A stretch of DNA of 63,342 nt, the filler included, from Nemertoderma westbladi (taxonomy: Eukaryota > Animalia > Xenacoelomorpha), in assembly GCA_032718475.1 (NCBI GenBank). It is 3 parts of 3 records of this genome, joined end to end, with 100 filler letters (N's around TTAATTAATTAA, not from the genome) between each part and the next. Parts side by side here need not be neighbours in the genome. Positions count along the whole stretch, not along the records: positions 1 to 23,091 come from JAUCBJ010007713.1; 2 more parts are not named here. The stretch is one strand, 5' to 3'. The notes beneath the pieces are model-generated. The model did no database searches. It had not been told where the DNA came from and saw nothing but the letters and a program-made list of their open reading frames with translations. Each line of letters starts with the position of its first letter. Within the stretch, counting starts at the first letter, position 1. The translations under genes were made by a program, and so were the position numbers. This document shows positions 1 through 14,340 of the stretch, in pieces.

Positions 1-297
1 ATCTGCCTCACCGGTTAGAGGACAGGTATCCTTCTGTCTAGTACGTAGGCATTCGACCCGCTCACGTACATAGAATAGATACAAGGCTCTGTTCCTCGCC
101 AGTAGTCGTTTGTGTACTATATCTGTTTGTTTAGATATCCTGGACTGGGATTTGTTGTCAGATACTGTACAAGCCCGTATACATTACTAGAGTCTCATAG
201 TAAGATACATCGTTACTAGGATCTGGTAAGCGGTATACTACTGGACCCTTACAATATAATATATTATATGTTTATAATTATACTACTTACTTATGCT

Positions 298-351
298 ACT
301 TAAACATTAAATCGAAGTTACATATATGTAACTTCGATTTAATGTTTAAGT
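298..351. repeat. Perfect 54-bp palindrome
   Basis: ACTTAAACATTAAATCGAAGTTACATA is followed directly by its exact reverse complement. Confidence 0.95.
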
Positions 352-3264
352 CTACTTAATAAAATTATATTAATTAAATAATTAGTGAACAATCCTTTCT
401 TTTAATTTATTATATAAAGTTTCGAATAAAATTACCTTCGTAGAGTCGTAATGGACCACTTTCTCAGACCACAGTTATCTTCTCACAATCCACCCCGCAA
501 TCGAATCTTATAAAGTTATCGATTATAAGACATCTTTAATAGTGTAAATGTTGAATCAACACCACCCGGCCTCGTATGAAAAATCATAAGGTTTTATATA
601 ATAAAAACTATATTGTTCATTTAAAGGCATCGACAAAATACATGACACTATGACTGGTTTACACCAAATACACCATGCATCTCAAACAATAAGGTAGGGT
701 AATAATTAAACATAATAAATTACTGTCGTAGTGATGTAATGAAATATAAACCAAATGATTAATTCATAATAAACAAGTTCATTATACTAAATTAATATAA
801 TATAATTGATTAAGTAATAAGTAGCACTAAATATAAACCTAGACATTACATGCACGACTCCTACAGGAAGCTAATCTTATACATATATTATGGCAAATAG
901 CTGCCGTTTTTTGACTTAACCTCGCATGGGGGAGAATTCTGTTAATGTTTTATGTAAATTTGGTAGGAAATTTGGTAATAGGCCTAATGCATATCATACT
1001 GAAACAGGCTGGTGAGGGAGGAGTAGTTTCTCTCCCTCCCTCAACCTTTTGTCTATCTTTGAATCCGTGTTCATATTTGCTATTATTAATTGTATCCATT
1101 TTAATATCGAGTTTTCAATAAATAAATGATTATCGAAAGATTAAAAATCGCTGGAATGGCATACTATTAATTAAATCCCTAAATTTTAAAAATTAATAAT
1201 AACCGTAGAAAACTAAATTATCGATAGGATATCGCACACAACAATTACCTATACAAATCACACATATTACTGTAATACTTTCCCATGCAAGGTTATGTAG
1301 TAATATCCGCCGACAAATAGAGAGACACACGACGACCAAGGTTCATACATTGGTTGAATTTGAAAAAGAAAGCCGAGAGACGACAAATTCAATAGTTATT
1401 GATATATAAATTAACAAATTGAATGGCACAATGGAAAAAAAATGGCATTAAAAGTTCCAAAATTAAAGAATATTATTAGCACTAATTGCAAATTAAGTAG
1501 ATCTTCATCTGCATATTACAATGATTACGTCAAGAAAAATTTAACAAACATGATATCAATGAAAAAATGTAAAATACATAATACCATATAAATTACATAG
1601 TTAACCATCCTAACGCAACAATAAAAATGGAAACACACAAAGTTTTTACAAAACTCGATGAGCATAAATAATAGATCTAATCGTGCTAGAATCCTTGATT
1701 TGGTATATTACATTGTTGTTAAGGAAACATACCTGATTACCCTGTAATAATTACACAAATGAAAGCAAATCTAATATTTCGGTGATATCAATAATCTCAT
1801 AAAAGGAACGCGAGATATTGCAGAAATCATTGGATAACGTTTGAGTGACAAAAAACACCAAAATAACGATTCACAATCGCAATACCCTATAATCTTAATA
1901 GATAAAAATGATTATTCTTGAACATAATGTTTCCATAGTAACCAAATTAAGACCGACATACGTAAATTTTGGTTGAAACTTCCAATGCTCATATAAATAT
2001 AGTCATTCACGACTCAAGGACTTAAATATCTCGCTGGTAACTTTTTATGCACAACAACTCTGTAAACCACAAAACTAATAGCAATAATTAAATAATAAAT
2101 TAAAATTGTTTATTAAACTGATAATTAAATAAATTAATAGTAAAGCGGATAGAAGATAATTTGGAAGACATAAATAAGTTAAGAATATTAAAATTATTAA
2201 TTATATAATTAGCTGGAAGCTTATCTTATGCCGAAGGGGGGGGGGGGGGGGATATCCTGGGGAAATTCGACGCAAATAACAGCTGATTAGTGTAACCTGT
2301 TCTATTGAGTTCCGTTTATTGTTTTGGTTAGATGCCACTGTAACCTGCTCTTTTCCCTAAATTGAGAATTTAACATTGAGGCGGGATATTAATTCGCCAA
2401 GACGGTATTTGCATCCAGTTTCCGGATTCCCCCACGTCTCAACTCATTCTAATACAACACGGATACACAATTCCAGTATACTATAAAGGATTACACATCA
2501 AAAGGTTCTTAATATAAAATTATTATTATAATAATATCAAATTCAACATAAAAATTCACGTATATAGGTGGTAGCGATGAAAACTCGAAAAATACAATTC
2601 AAACTCAATCCGTTGGTTAATTAATTAGTTTTAGTTTATGTATTCGATATAAATAAATTTCAGTAACATGTTTTTGGAATAACTTTATACTATTTTTATA
2701 TATTTTCATTTTCATATCTTTATATATTTTTTTAACATGGCACGTAATTAATTATTGTAAAACGTAATTAATTAAAATTTAAATAACAATAAATAATTTT
2801 AGATTAAATTTGATCTATCGTCCTTTGCCAATAATTAAATAATTCTGGCCCAATCATATTCATTTATTTTATGATATCCAAATAAGTTACAATTTAAATA
2901 AGGAAGAATTTTAATTGAACTGATGACAACAATTGACACATTAAATGCACGCCATCGTATTGGCTCGCATTTATGTATATCCCGAGATATTTGTAAAAAA
3001 CAAATTAAAATCTGAGAAAAATATTTACATAACCAAATATAATGTAAATATTTTTTTCTGATTTCGTAACTAATAACAACATGAGTTAAATTTGAATAAA
3101 TTGCACAATAACATTTCGTATAGGGAAAGCGTTTAGGGATTGGGGATAATTAATAACTCACTAGATATAGGGTAAACACTAATTAATAAATTATTTAAAT
3201 AAGTTACAAAAAAATTTGCGAATGAAATAGTTAATAGAACGAATAGTTGAATATGATTGGTTAA

Positions 3265-6200
3265 CTATGACTCATCGGCGGGATTTGTGTGCGCGTATTT
3301 GGCTTTGTTCAGGGCCTCCAGACTCCTTTGAGCCTCGGCTAACTCCCTCTGTTTCTCTAGAATCTTCGCGTTGGCTTCCAACTCTTTGGTAACGAGTTCC
3401 ACGTAGGTGTGTTTCGTACGCCGCCTAGTGGTTATAGTAGTAACTGTCTCTTCGCGTTTCCACGCGAGATTCTGCGCCGCCATTACGAGATGGTCTGTCG
3501 CGCGTTTAACCGCGTTACCCGCCTCCTGTAACCGTTGCATAGCAACGCTGTCAACACCCGCCTTTACGCGACACGCGACCAACAGCTGAGCGGTCGCCGT
3601 AGCAACCATTTTGGCGGCGGATATGAGACGCTCCTCTTTGCACTCGCCTAGAACTAACGCGTTGGCGGCCTCACACAGCGCGTGGGTTGCCTCGGTAACC
3701 ATCTTAGCCGCGGAGATGAGCCCCTGAGCCCAAGTGGAGTCGTCGTGATATACCGACTCGCTAGTAGTGTGTTTACCTATAATCCCCTTGGAGACCAACT
3801 CCCGTTGCGCCAAAGTCGCCGCTTTCATCAACGAGGATGTCGCGTTCGCTATCTTCTTAACGGCGTCGAGAATTTGGGCCTCGAAGTTGAGGTTACTGCG
3901 TTCTTCAGCGGAAGCGGCGGCGATCACGGTCCGAGGTCGGAGTTCCTGGAGTTTCCTCGCCGCTTCCTCGATGGACGCCGCCGCTTCGAGCAACTCGGTC
4001 TCGGCAATGACGGCGGGATCGTCCGGGTTCACCAGATCCGCTCCTTTACATGCCTTGGCGCACTGCACCAACTCGCTTACCGAAGTCGCCACGCTCTTCG
4101 CGTAGTTGGTGAGGCGGCTGGACTCAGGGGGTTGGCGGCCGTCCAACGTCGTCAGAATGTACTGGAGCAGCGCGGTGAAGGCCGCGGCGCAATCGCGGCC
4201 CGCAGTAACCGTCCGATCGGCGACCTCCTCGGAGACCTCCTGACTCGCGTAGAAAGCAACCGACTTAGAGATCCAGATCATATCGATTACCGACTTCCGG
4301 GACAAGTTGGCCGCAGACATGACGTCATCCTGCTGGTGGTGGTCGCTCTTGGCGGCGGCTACAACCTTAGTAGTAGCCATGGTGACCCCCTTGGCGATCC
4401 GGAGTAAGTCCTCCGGGGTGTGGCGTTGGTCGGGCCGATGCCGGGAGTTGAACGATTTATCTTCCTGTTTGAGGGCGTCGACCGCGGCTTCCAGGGATCT
4501 CGTACCTCGCGAAGCCTCGTCCTCCACGCTCTTTACGCTCTTTAATAATGACGTCACGTTAGTGACCATGTTCTTGGCGGAAACCTTTAGGTTCTGCATG
4601 GCTGGGTCATCGCGATCCCGACCGGAGGCGTTTTTAGTCGCGTTTATCAGATCGCTGAGAGCGGCGGCGACGTCTTTAACGGCGTTGATTAGGAAGACCT
4701 GCGCCTCGGGCGCATCGCCGTTCAGCGAGGCCGCGCCTTGCTTCACCACGCTGGTCAGCTGAGTGATGGTGGCGACCGCTGATTGGGCGGCCTGCGCCAA
4801 GGTCTCCTGGCTAGACGCGGCCCCGGTTACCAACGTTTTCGTGTCCTCGACCAGCGCTTTCGCCGTCTTTAGGATGACCTCGCGATGGTCGGCGAAGTTG
4901 CTGACGGCGGGATCCGGGCTGAGGGTCCCGGCCGTCGCGAACAGGATCGTCGTGTCGAGGTCCACGATGAGTCCGGAGACCGCGCTGGCCGCGTTGATGC
5001 AGGCCTGCGTGCCGCGGGATCCGGCCTGCAACGCGGCAAGCACATATGAGACCCGCTCGCTGACCGCGCGTGCGCTCGCGGACAGGTCCCGTTTGGCCAA
5101 CCCGTCCGCCGGGGTGTTCTGCACGAGTCCCGCGTTCCGTACGAGTTTCACGCACTCGCCGCCGAGATCCTGGATGGTACGACGGACTCGCGAGGAGATC
5201 TCCTCGCTTCCGGTTGTCGCGATCGCCCCCTGACTGTGTTGACACAACTCCCCGTAGTTCTTAGTCGCCTCAGCCGCGAGCTGAGCCAGTTGACTAGGAT
5301 TGGAGGTCGCCTTGGCAACCATCTCTTGACTGACCTTGGCGATGCGTCGAGCGTTGCTAACCATCGATGTTTGGTAGTCGACGAACCTGGAGGAGGATGA
5401 TGAAATCTCGATGTGCTTCTCGGTGATGGTGATGGACTTTGTGATGGAGTCTATAAGACCATCGACGTGACCCGTCTCCGAAGAACTCTCCTCTAAGGAG
5501 GATATAAGATCATCAACGGCCTCCATCATGCTCCCAGCTGCGTCATCTATAGCCGAGTGGGTTTTAACGGCTCGCGGATTCCCCCCGCCCTCCTTCACGC
5601 TGTAGACCAACTGTAACGCGGACTCGGCCACGGTTTTCGTCTCGTCCAGGACGGCGGCTTGTCGCTGCGGATGACCGCCGCATTTACTAGCCGCCGCGAC
5701 AGCGGACCTCGCCAACGGCTCCAAGTAGGAGGACAACGCCGTCACCGAGTGCCCTAGATGCTCCGCCTCGTCCTTCCCAGCCCGGACCGTGGGAGCCACG
5801 CAGTCCGAGAGCTGCTGACACACGTTTATCATCCGTTCGTAGTTCGTCTGGATGGGATACTCGTCGATGGGAACGAGTTCCCGACTCAGCAACTCCATCG
5901 AGGTTTGATCGACGTCCCGAACGCAGCCGTTAATCGTCTCGATCGCGGATTCGCACTCCGTCTGGCCGGGGGCGCGATCCTTAATCGCCTGTATCAACTT
6001 CTTCATGGAATCCGAAATGGTTTTCGAGTTGGCGGCGAGTTCCTGCCACAACGGAAGGTCCTTGGGATTTATTGCGAGTTGCTTCGCCGTTCGGATTAGA
6101 TGAGTGCTGCTGGTGACCATGGCCCGTCCGCTGTGGACGATGGGTTCCTGCGCGATCCGAGCTTTGGGGCTGATCCGCGCCGGGATGCTCGCGAACTCCG

Positions 6201-7841
6201 GAGACGAGGCGAACTTGGAGAGGCTATCGACGGCGAGGAGGAGCGGCTTGGTGGATTCCGCGCAGAGCTTCCGGTTAGTCTCGGAAGGAAAGGCGTCCAA
6301 AGCCTTGATGTGTTTGACCACAGTGGCGGTGGAGTTGGCTATGTCCTTGGCGCTCTGGACGAAGTGTTTCTTGGCGATCGGGTTGGCGCTCTTGCCGCTC
6401 GCGACGCGGCACACGTTGCACATGGCGCTCGTGTGCTTCGCGATGATTGTCGCTGCGGTGAGTATCTCGCGACTGGCCGCCTTCCCACCGGCGGGCTGCG
6501 TCGCCGCGGAGGCGACGAGCGACGCGCACGCGGCTCCGATATCCGCGGCGATCCGCGCGAATTGCTGCTGATCCACCAACCCGGACTGGCCCGGCTCGCT
6601 GGCGGGGTCGCTGACCCCCACCAGGTAGGCGGCCTGGGCGGCGGCCTCAGAGATCCCGCAGACCGCCGCCGACGTCAGGGCCACTCGCTCCCCGAACTCC
6701 TCCAACTGGCCCGACTTGGCGTGCTGCGTAATAGCCGCCATCCCTTCGCCCAGCACCGTCGCCCGTTGCTGAACCGCTTCGAGGCAATCGAAGTAACTCA
6801 TTTGGTTTACCGACTCGAAAGGATTGTCGAGTAATCCCGAACTCAGTTGGATATTCCTCAACGCTGTATCGCATTGTTTCTGCCCCGGGGCGCTCTGGAT
6901 ACACATGTTAATCAGCTGGTTGATGGAATCAGTTACGCCCCTAGCGGCTGTCTGTAACTGCCCCTTAGAGTTAGGCGCTGAGGGGTCGGCTGTTAAACTT
7001 TTAGCCGCCAGAAGGAGTTTACTCGAGGCCAAACTGATGCTCTTCAGGTTGGTTACCATCTCGGTCTGGGACTTTGGGTCGCTGGATCTCCCAGCCAGCT
7101 CGGTACTTACGTCGACCAACCCCGTAAAGTCCCGACCCAACTGTCTGGCACCCTCAGCGAGCCTCTTGGGTTCGTCGCGACCCGAGGCCATCAACCCCGT
7201 GGCGGTTTGGTTGAGCGAGGTCGCCGCCGTCTGGAGTTCCGTCTGGACGGTCTGGAAGGAGCGGTCGGAGGCCGGGAGCTCGGCGATACGGGAAGACGCC
7301 GCCGAAACCGACGCCAACGCCTCCGCCATGTCGCGTTGCCCCGGGAGACAACTCACGCAGTTGTTTATCGCGAGACTCACCGCCTTGGCTACGTCGGCTA
7401 GTCGTTGGTGGTTGCTAGGGTCCGCCGGGTTGCTAAGCACTTTACGAGCTTCCGCCAATAAGTCGCAACTTCTACTCATGACGTCACCGGCGGAAGCGAT
7501 AAGGGCGGCGGCCTCTTGGGGGCGGTCGCTGGACGCCGCTACGCCTCTAGCGGCCGCGGCGAGGTTGCTAAGCGACTGGGCGGTGTCCCGGGCCGCTATA
7601 CCGGTGTAGCCGTCGTTCCCTTGTGACGCGGAGGTCAGCAGCTGGGCCAGACAGCTCCCGACCGTCTTGGAGTTGGCTGCGAGTTCGTAGGTGCAACCGT
7701 CCCGAGTGTCTCCCGGCAACGGGACCAGGGTTCCCGCCTGCAAGGACCTCCCTGTCTCCTCCAACTCGCCATGTAACCCTCGGATTACGTCCAACGCGGA
7801 GTCCATCTCCAAACTGCCGCCGCATGCGTCCTTGGCATTCT
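3265..7841 (-). CDS. TLN: Talin, terminal coding exon (rod about R5-R13, I/LWEQ actin-binding domain, dimerisation helix)
   Basis: Translation matches the talin rod (LEMDSAL, GIAARD, CLPGQRD, APGQKQCD, QAGSRGTQACINAASAVSG, WAQGLISAAKMV, QLLVACRVKA). Acceptor tttttccAG at 7843-7842, phase 1, matches the upstream exon. Stop at 3265. Confidence 0.97.
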
Positions 7842-8200
7842 CTGGAAAAACATTCAAAATGAAATTAATATATAGTAATTAATTAATTAATAGTATTTAA
7901 CTACATAAATAAAACAATATGACACAAGACGAAATATTCCTATTTTGTTCCTTTAGTTTCAGGATTATTTATAGTTTATTATACTTGGGTCAGGGTGGTA
8001 AATAAAATAAATTCCGATAAAACTCATCCCTCCTAATCATGAAACTGAAAGTAATTTGTTAGTAGGCCTAAATAACGGGACCGTTTGTAAAAATGATTGC
8101 GGCGAAAATAATAATTGCGGTAGTAGAATAGCATGTGAAATCAATATTGAAAAGTATCGCCACAATTAAACCTGTTAACTCTATCAGGTTATTAACATAC

Positions 8201-8393
8201 CGAGAGATGTTTTGAGTTGAGTGAGACTGGTGTTTAAATTCTTGTTACACGAATTGAGTTGTCCGGCAGAGTCCAAGTCTTCCACAGTCGGCAGGGCTGC
8301 GTTCACTGTACTAACTAACTTGGTCGCTAGAGGCGTCATGGTCTGGCAGGCCGTTATTAGTTGTAACTGACAAGACGCTTTCTCTGGACTCGT
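8201..8393 (-). CDS. TLN: Talin internal exon (TSPEKASCQLQLI...LKTSL)
   Basis: cAG acceptor and G|GTATGT donor; 193 nt; in phase with both neighbours; aligns to the talin R4 region. Confidence 0.93.
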
Positions 8394-8959
8394 CTGAAAC
8401 AAACAGGAATTCGTTAAAAATAATATCGAAATCCTCATATGGTTATTATAGAGATTCCAAGCTAGTAAAGGAACTTGGCAAGTTTTGGCAAAATGCGACA
8501 ACAAATATAAATATAAGATAATACAAGGTTAAAAGTAAAATTATAGTATATTATAATATTTGTACCCGCAATATATTATGTACAAATATATTGTGGGGGG
8601 GGGGGGGGGGGCGGGGGGGTCAAATTACAAGGCTGTTCCAAGCAGGACCACGTGAGACCATATTTGGGACGGTCTATGTGATTGGGAGACTTTATATCCC
8701 AGACGGATTCGTAGGCTAATAGTAGTGGCGGCCAAAAACCAAAATTTTATAAACTCTAACCCATAATAGATTATGTAATTAACCTCTTAATTTCATTTAC
8801 CCCATCATGGGGTGTATCAATCTAAAAAAAGGTACCATGGGACCATTATGTTGCCGTTGTTCAGTGTAACCGAGGTGACCAGTCAGTGGTAGTTCATTAG
8901 AATCAGTGACGGCGCGAGCAACGAGCGGCAGATATTATTGTAATAATTTTTAAACTAAC

Positions 8960-9121
8960 CTGAAAGGCCTTCAACCCGTCTACTAGTTGAGGAATACACT
9001 GATTGGTGTTTTGGCATTCATTAGTTAGCTGTTGCCTGGACGACGGATTCCGATTATTGGCTGCGCAGTTATGGGCAGCTGATATTGTCTGTTGGGAAGC
9101 CGTGACAACCTGACCAGCCGC
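8960..9121 (-). CDS. TLN: Talin internal exon (AAGQVVTASQQTISAA...CIPQLVDGLKAFQ)
   Basis: Not in the ORF track; read manually. ttAG acceptor, CAG|GTTAGT donor, 162 nt, phase 0/0. Resembles talin AAKQAAASATQTIAAA...IPLLVQGV. Confidence 0.92.
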
Positions 9122-10082
9122 CTAACCAAAACAAAAAAATACTATTAACATTTTTTGTTAATCATGGTATTTAATTACAATTATTATTATTATACTCGCG
9201 CAAGCGCAGACCAGACTAGCTGGCATTTATTAATAAAATTGTGACAAATATACGATTATAAGGTTACACTATTATAACATCAGTAAAACAATCAGGATAA
9301 ATGTTTACCACTAAATTATTAAATAAAATATGTCGTTAGTTGGCTAAAATAAAGCTAATATTAAAATTGCATCAATAATTATACAATCAATGTGGGATAC
9401 GGTTAATATAGCATAGGGACGACACGTTATAATAAACATTAATACAAATAGTTATTGTGGATAAGGTTGTGTACCGTACGGTTCGAATTAACACCAATTG
9501 AGAGTATGCAGTAAAGGAACAAACTTAAAATCCGTAAAATTGTAGTATTCTATTATGTTTAGTTTTAAATGTTACTCCATGCAGATCATAGCAATTCTTT
9601 ACGAAATTAGCACAAATTATGTCGTTAAGTGAGTTATTGCCAGTTTGGAATCCTGTCATGAGTGCACGTTTGTCATATTCACATGTTAGTATTGACCACA
9701 TAGAAGGGATTTGGTACGTTAACTTTGTTTGTCTGTAGGTGCTCATAAGGCCCCTGTATAACGTGCGGGATATTGCGTTATCCAAAGCGATATATCGGAG
9801 CTAGTTTGAAAGGTGAATATAGGGCATCTAAGTATTGGCAATGATGTGGAAACGGCGCTACGATAGGCCATGGTGCTAAGAGGCAACATGTTCAGGAGCT
9901 CGTATAATGTGTCGTTGTTCATATATAGACTCCAACGTGCAGAAGTCGGCGTAGAGCCTGTCTACAGGTTGAATTAATACGAGATATTTCATTCTTGCTC
10001 AGGCTACCGATCGTGTACTTTAGCTTGTATGTCAAGCTTGGGATAACAAGTGACTTCCAGAGATATGATAATGTTTCGGTAT

Positions 10083-11039
10083 CTAACCATTGCAATGTCC
10101 ACTCCTTCTCTGCTGAAAAATTCCTCCCAATTTCCATATGTGCTGAGTGCACTCTGCGGCGGCGTGTGCGCTGGTTTTGTTGGATGAAAGAGTGTAGCCC
10201 AGGAACTCGATTGTCTGACTTTCGGGTATTAGATGTCCATTAATACTAAGGAAACACGGTATGTAAGTGTTGGTGTTGACTTCGCTGTACATCCAGTGAC
10301 ATTTAGTCGGCTCGAACATTAGTTGTAACTTATCGAGCCCCATGTTCAGTATAGTTGACATGTGTTCAATTTCATGTTTAGTTGTGGCTAAAAGAAATAC
10401 ATCGTCAGCATACATTATGCACCCAGACCAGATGTCGTTGATCATGCACCCCAGTCCGGATTCAGTAAGCGACTGCATGACGCTTATGGTGTAAAGATTA
10501 AATAAACATGGTGACAGTAATGATCCTTGCATGATCCCTCTGGGCATATTTATGCCAACCGTGTCAATCAGATTACCGAATTTGAGGTACACCATGGCGA
10601 TGCTGTAGTAGTGAACCAGTAGACGGCAGATGAATGGGTTTATAATTCCTGATAACTTCTTGAAGAGAACTGCGTGGTCAACTTCATCGAAAGCAGAATT
10701 GATATCTAGTTGGCACATGAACAGACCTGATCCTAGTTCACTAAAGTGCTGTATACATTCCAGTATCAAGCCAATGGCGGCTTCGCATCCCACTTGTTCT
10801 TTGTAGGCTAACTGATGGTCGTTTCTCGGAAGGACATTCCCAAGGAAACCCTTGTATATTATACGCTCGAGTACCTTTGCTAATAGACATATGCTGGCAA
10901 TCGGTCTATAAGAGTTAGTTCTCATGGGATCTTTCCTCTTCCCTTTGTATAAGCTTGCTTTGATAGTTGCTCCAAAAACATCTGGTAGAATGCCAATACG
11001 TATAATTGCATTGTACATATTTGCTAACAGGTGACACAT
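10083..11039 (-). pseudogene. LINE reverse transcriptase domain (frameshifted remnant)
   Basis: Canonical non-LTR RT motifs including YADD; frame broken at both ends. Confidence 0.92.
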
Positions 11040-12009
11040 TGGCGGATAAAAGGTGCTCCACTGTTATGGAATTGAGGTCCGGTGATTTCCCTACCGATAA
11101 AGATAATATGGATTTCCTTATAGTTTCTTCAGATATGGTTGGTACAGTAGTATTCTTGCATTGTCTGTCTAAATTATTGTTGATATTGGTAGTGCTAGTA
11201 ACGTTTCTTGTAATGAGTTGGTGGTGTGCTTGGTGAACCCTTGTTTGAAAATTTTCGCCAGAAACCCTTTGGGTTCAGCTTGTGAGTTACTTCACCAACA
11301 ACTGATCTTGCAACGTGTGTCTTCATGAGTAAATTTTTTAGTTGTCGTACTCCACGTTTGGACTGTTTGAATGAAGGCATTCACATCATCATCACATCAT
11401 CATCATCATCACCCACATCATCGTTAGGATCTTTCCCATTATTGACACATAGGTTATACAGGCTGCGGGTGGTTCGGCATCGTTCCGAAAGTGTAGTTGA
11501 GCGTATTCTATAGTTTTTAGTAATTCTTTTCTTTTTGATTACATTAATAGTTTCAAGTGCTGATTTGTGTAACGCAGTGTTAAATGTTGTTGGCAAAAAA
11601 AGTATTGAGGTCATCTAGTAATGCCATCTCCTCAAGGTAATTATCTAGAGTTCGACAGTACATGTCTTTACGCTTCTTGGATGCACTACTCCAATTGAAC
11701 CGTATAGGCGTCAGTTTTGTAGCTGTTTTTTCCGCCAGCTCTTTCTTTACAGCATCACAGTTGATTGAAATCACGATTGTCAGATGATCAGAAAAATTAT
11801 CTGCTTCATCGTATTCTATGATGTATCCCCCTATGACTTTAAATGGTCCATATAACTCCGATGACCACCCCCAGTACAGTATAAGTATATGCTGGTCCTG
11901 TCACATTGTCAAGTGTGTCTAAAGCTGTAAGATTGTATTTGAGTAGGAAGTTGTTCAGAATGAGGCCACGGTCTGTTGCATTGGGTCTGAGGAATCGTGG
12001 TCCTTGTTA

Positions 12010-12850
12010 TGGGGCTGTATTCATAAATGTAACTAACTAGGAACTTAGTCCTAGTCACAGCAAGTTAGTAAGTGCTTGTACTAATTCGGTATTCAGAGAA
12101 GTTGGTGCTACTTATTACTAACGTATTTAGTACTAGTTGTTGCTAAACTCGTATTCATAGAATTTAGTCTTACTTAAGTTAGTATTAGCTGTAACTTAAA
12201 TTTCTTGTCACAAGAAGATGTGACTAAGTTGGTAAGAACGCTTACTTATTCTATGTTGGCCTTCATACATACAGTATGGTTATTATGTTACTGACGACTC
12301 CGGCCACATTATACTCTCTCTTGTTTTTCTAGCATTCTGTGTTCATTGCAAATGTGTTGTTGCAGAGAAACTGTCAAATGTAACGACATAAAGCTTGTTG
12401 TTTTTTAAACATACATCCGACTTAAATTTCCAAATTTCAGCTTACATTCTTGAATAATGGTGAGATTGCTCCCGAACGGTCCGCGTCCGTTGAAAAATGT
12501 GTTTCGCTAAAGAATTCTACGATTCGCGAACTTTCGCAAGATGAAAAAGCGGTAGCGTTCCCACTTCATTATTTTCCTCTCTATTACCGAATGTAAATAA
12601 TGGTATTCTATAATGGTAGCCAATTGATTTATCGCCTTACTAAAAATAATAATTTTTCACTAAAATTTTAAACAGGAAATCACTAAAATATTCAGGGTGA
12701 CCAATATAATTAATGGGTTTAATGTAGGCTACCAATACTAGTAAAACAGTAGGCCTAAACATAGAGACATGCAGGGCATAGCTACCGTCCTTAAGTTGAA
12801 ACTGAAAGCTTTTTGATAAACATAAGTTAAAGTAGTAGTAGCAGTTTGTC
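12010..12850 (+). mobile_element. Probable non-autonomous DNA-transposon insertion (Harbinger-MITE-like end) interrupting the LINE
   Basis: Begins GGGGCTGTATTCATAAA with internal related GTATTCA copies. Non-coding block between the LINE ORF1 and endonuclease remnants; far end not identified. Confidence 0.35.
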
Positions 12851-14185
12851 TATCTGATCGACGCTACTCGAGTACCCATGGCAGTTAAAGGATCCTAATG
12901 TCAGTTTTACTTTACGAGATTTATAATTCGTGTTGTTAGTACCAGTGTTCTTATTCGCTGCAGAGTCCAACTTTGAAAATGGAACATCCTTTGGTGATGT
13001 CTTGGCATGAGTTTCTGTAAGTGCAGTATTCTGTATATTGGGTTATTTTTAGTATCTGCGACTGGCATATCCTTAAATCCATTGTTAAAAGTAAGACCTG
13101 TTCAAAGGATTCCTCGTCAGATATTAATCCTGTGCGATTTGGTAGTGTTTCACGTAATCTCGCTTATGTTGTCTTGTGTCTTCTTTGGAGTTTTCCAACC
13201 CATTAAAATCATGCGTGGTTGCATTGTAGCATTTCAAGTCACTTTCTGCTCTGTAATTATGTTTCCTGGATTTCTCATGGAAACTACGGGAGTGATCATC
13301 TATAAAAGGTACTTTTGGGGCGTCTGGGGAGTCATGCTGTTCCCTGTGGTTCAGTGCAGAGCTTTTATCAGATTGCTTTCCTGAATGTCGTCCTTGCCAG
13401 TCATTAGTCGCATGTCTGTCTGGGTTGGTGACCCATTCTTTACATACAATCCCAGAAGGCCAGAATGCATTGTGCATAAGAGTATATTTAAGATTGGTAT
13501 CTGTGGTTAGGCGAAGGCTTATCCCATCTCCATGAAGGCGGGTTGTGATTCGATGCACAGCAATTTTCCTTTCAATAAGGAAATTTACTACATCATCCTC
13601 AGTGTTATTCTTATTAATACCAGAAATAAAGAGTTGTACTTTGAGGCGTGATTCGGCACACCTCAATGGGATTCCACATCTTTCAGATTGGATTAAATTG
13701 TCCTCGCCCTCGCGATTATTTCCCGAGTTCACTGCTATTCTTTTGGTAATCCCCTTTGGTTGATGTTGAATGGCATGCTGTTGCTGCTTACCTTTGCGTT
13801 CAACTGTGTGTCTGCTGGTAGTGTCTGACATTGTATTATCGATATCGATATCACTTAGTAGGTGATAAGGATTGGGGCCAATGATTGTACTACTAATGTC
13901 CCATTGCTGTGGCCGTTGTTTTGCGACATGTTTGTTCCTCGGAATGCTGAATGAAGTACTATATTCCTTTGATTGCTGGTTACTGTGCTCATCTAGGAAC
14001 TTTACTTGAGGTAGAATTGGTTCAGATGAATGAAAAGTACCTGGTATGTCTTCGTCATCATTAATTGAGTATATAAGAATACTATATTATTATATATAAT
14101 TAGAATCATTTTTCCCCAATATAAAGAAATATCAGTTTAAACAGATTATAAGATCTGAAACCTCCCTTTTATTTCTTGCACCCAC

Positions 14186-14294
14186 CTGGTGTAACCGAGA
14201 AATTAGTTTGTTACGGATAGCGTTACCGGACGCCGTGTTGCTGACGAGTTTGAGCTCCGTGGCTGCGTTTCGCAACATCGTCTGCTGATCGGTA
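14186..14294 (-). CDS. TLN: Talin internal exon (TDQQTMLRNAATELK...NAIRNKLISRLHQ)
   Basis: tttcAG acceptor, CAG|GTGGGT donor, 109 nt, phase 2/0. Resembles talin EEQQQRLREAAEGLR...NAIKKKLVQRL. Confidence 0.93.
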
Positions 14295-14340
14295 CTGAAA
14301 TAACAATTATTAATCTGTTTAGAAATATTACGTAGGTAAT

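Larger units (their letters stand above)
9180..14070 (-). mobile_element. Decayed near-full-length non-LTR retrotransposon (CR1/L2-group-like) in a talin intron
   Basis: ORF1-like 13124-13831 (LFISGI...FWPSGIVCKEW). RT at 10083-11039 (NSYRPIA, LDINSAFD, RGIMQGSLLSP, YADD, FLG). Frameshifted flanking pieces; 3' AATAAA and (TAA)n tail near 9180-9240. Boundaries approximate. Confidence 0.88.

Noticed and set aside
7842-7857. Start codon of the 1530-aa ORF
   Set aside because: Intronic; the true frame enters through the acceptor at 7842.
3407-7882. Plus-strand and alternate-frame ORFs overlapping talin
   Set aside because: Shadow ORFs of a GC-rich coding exon.
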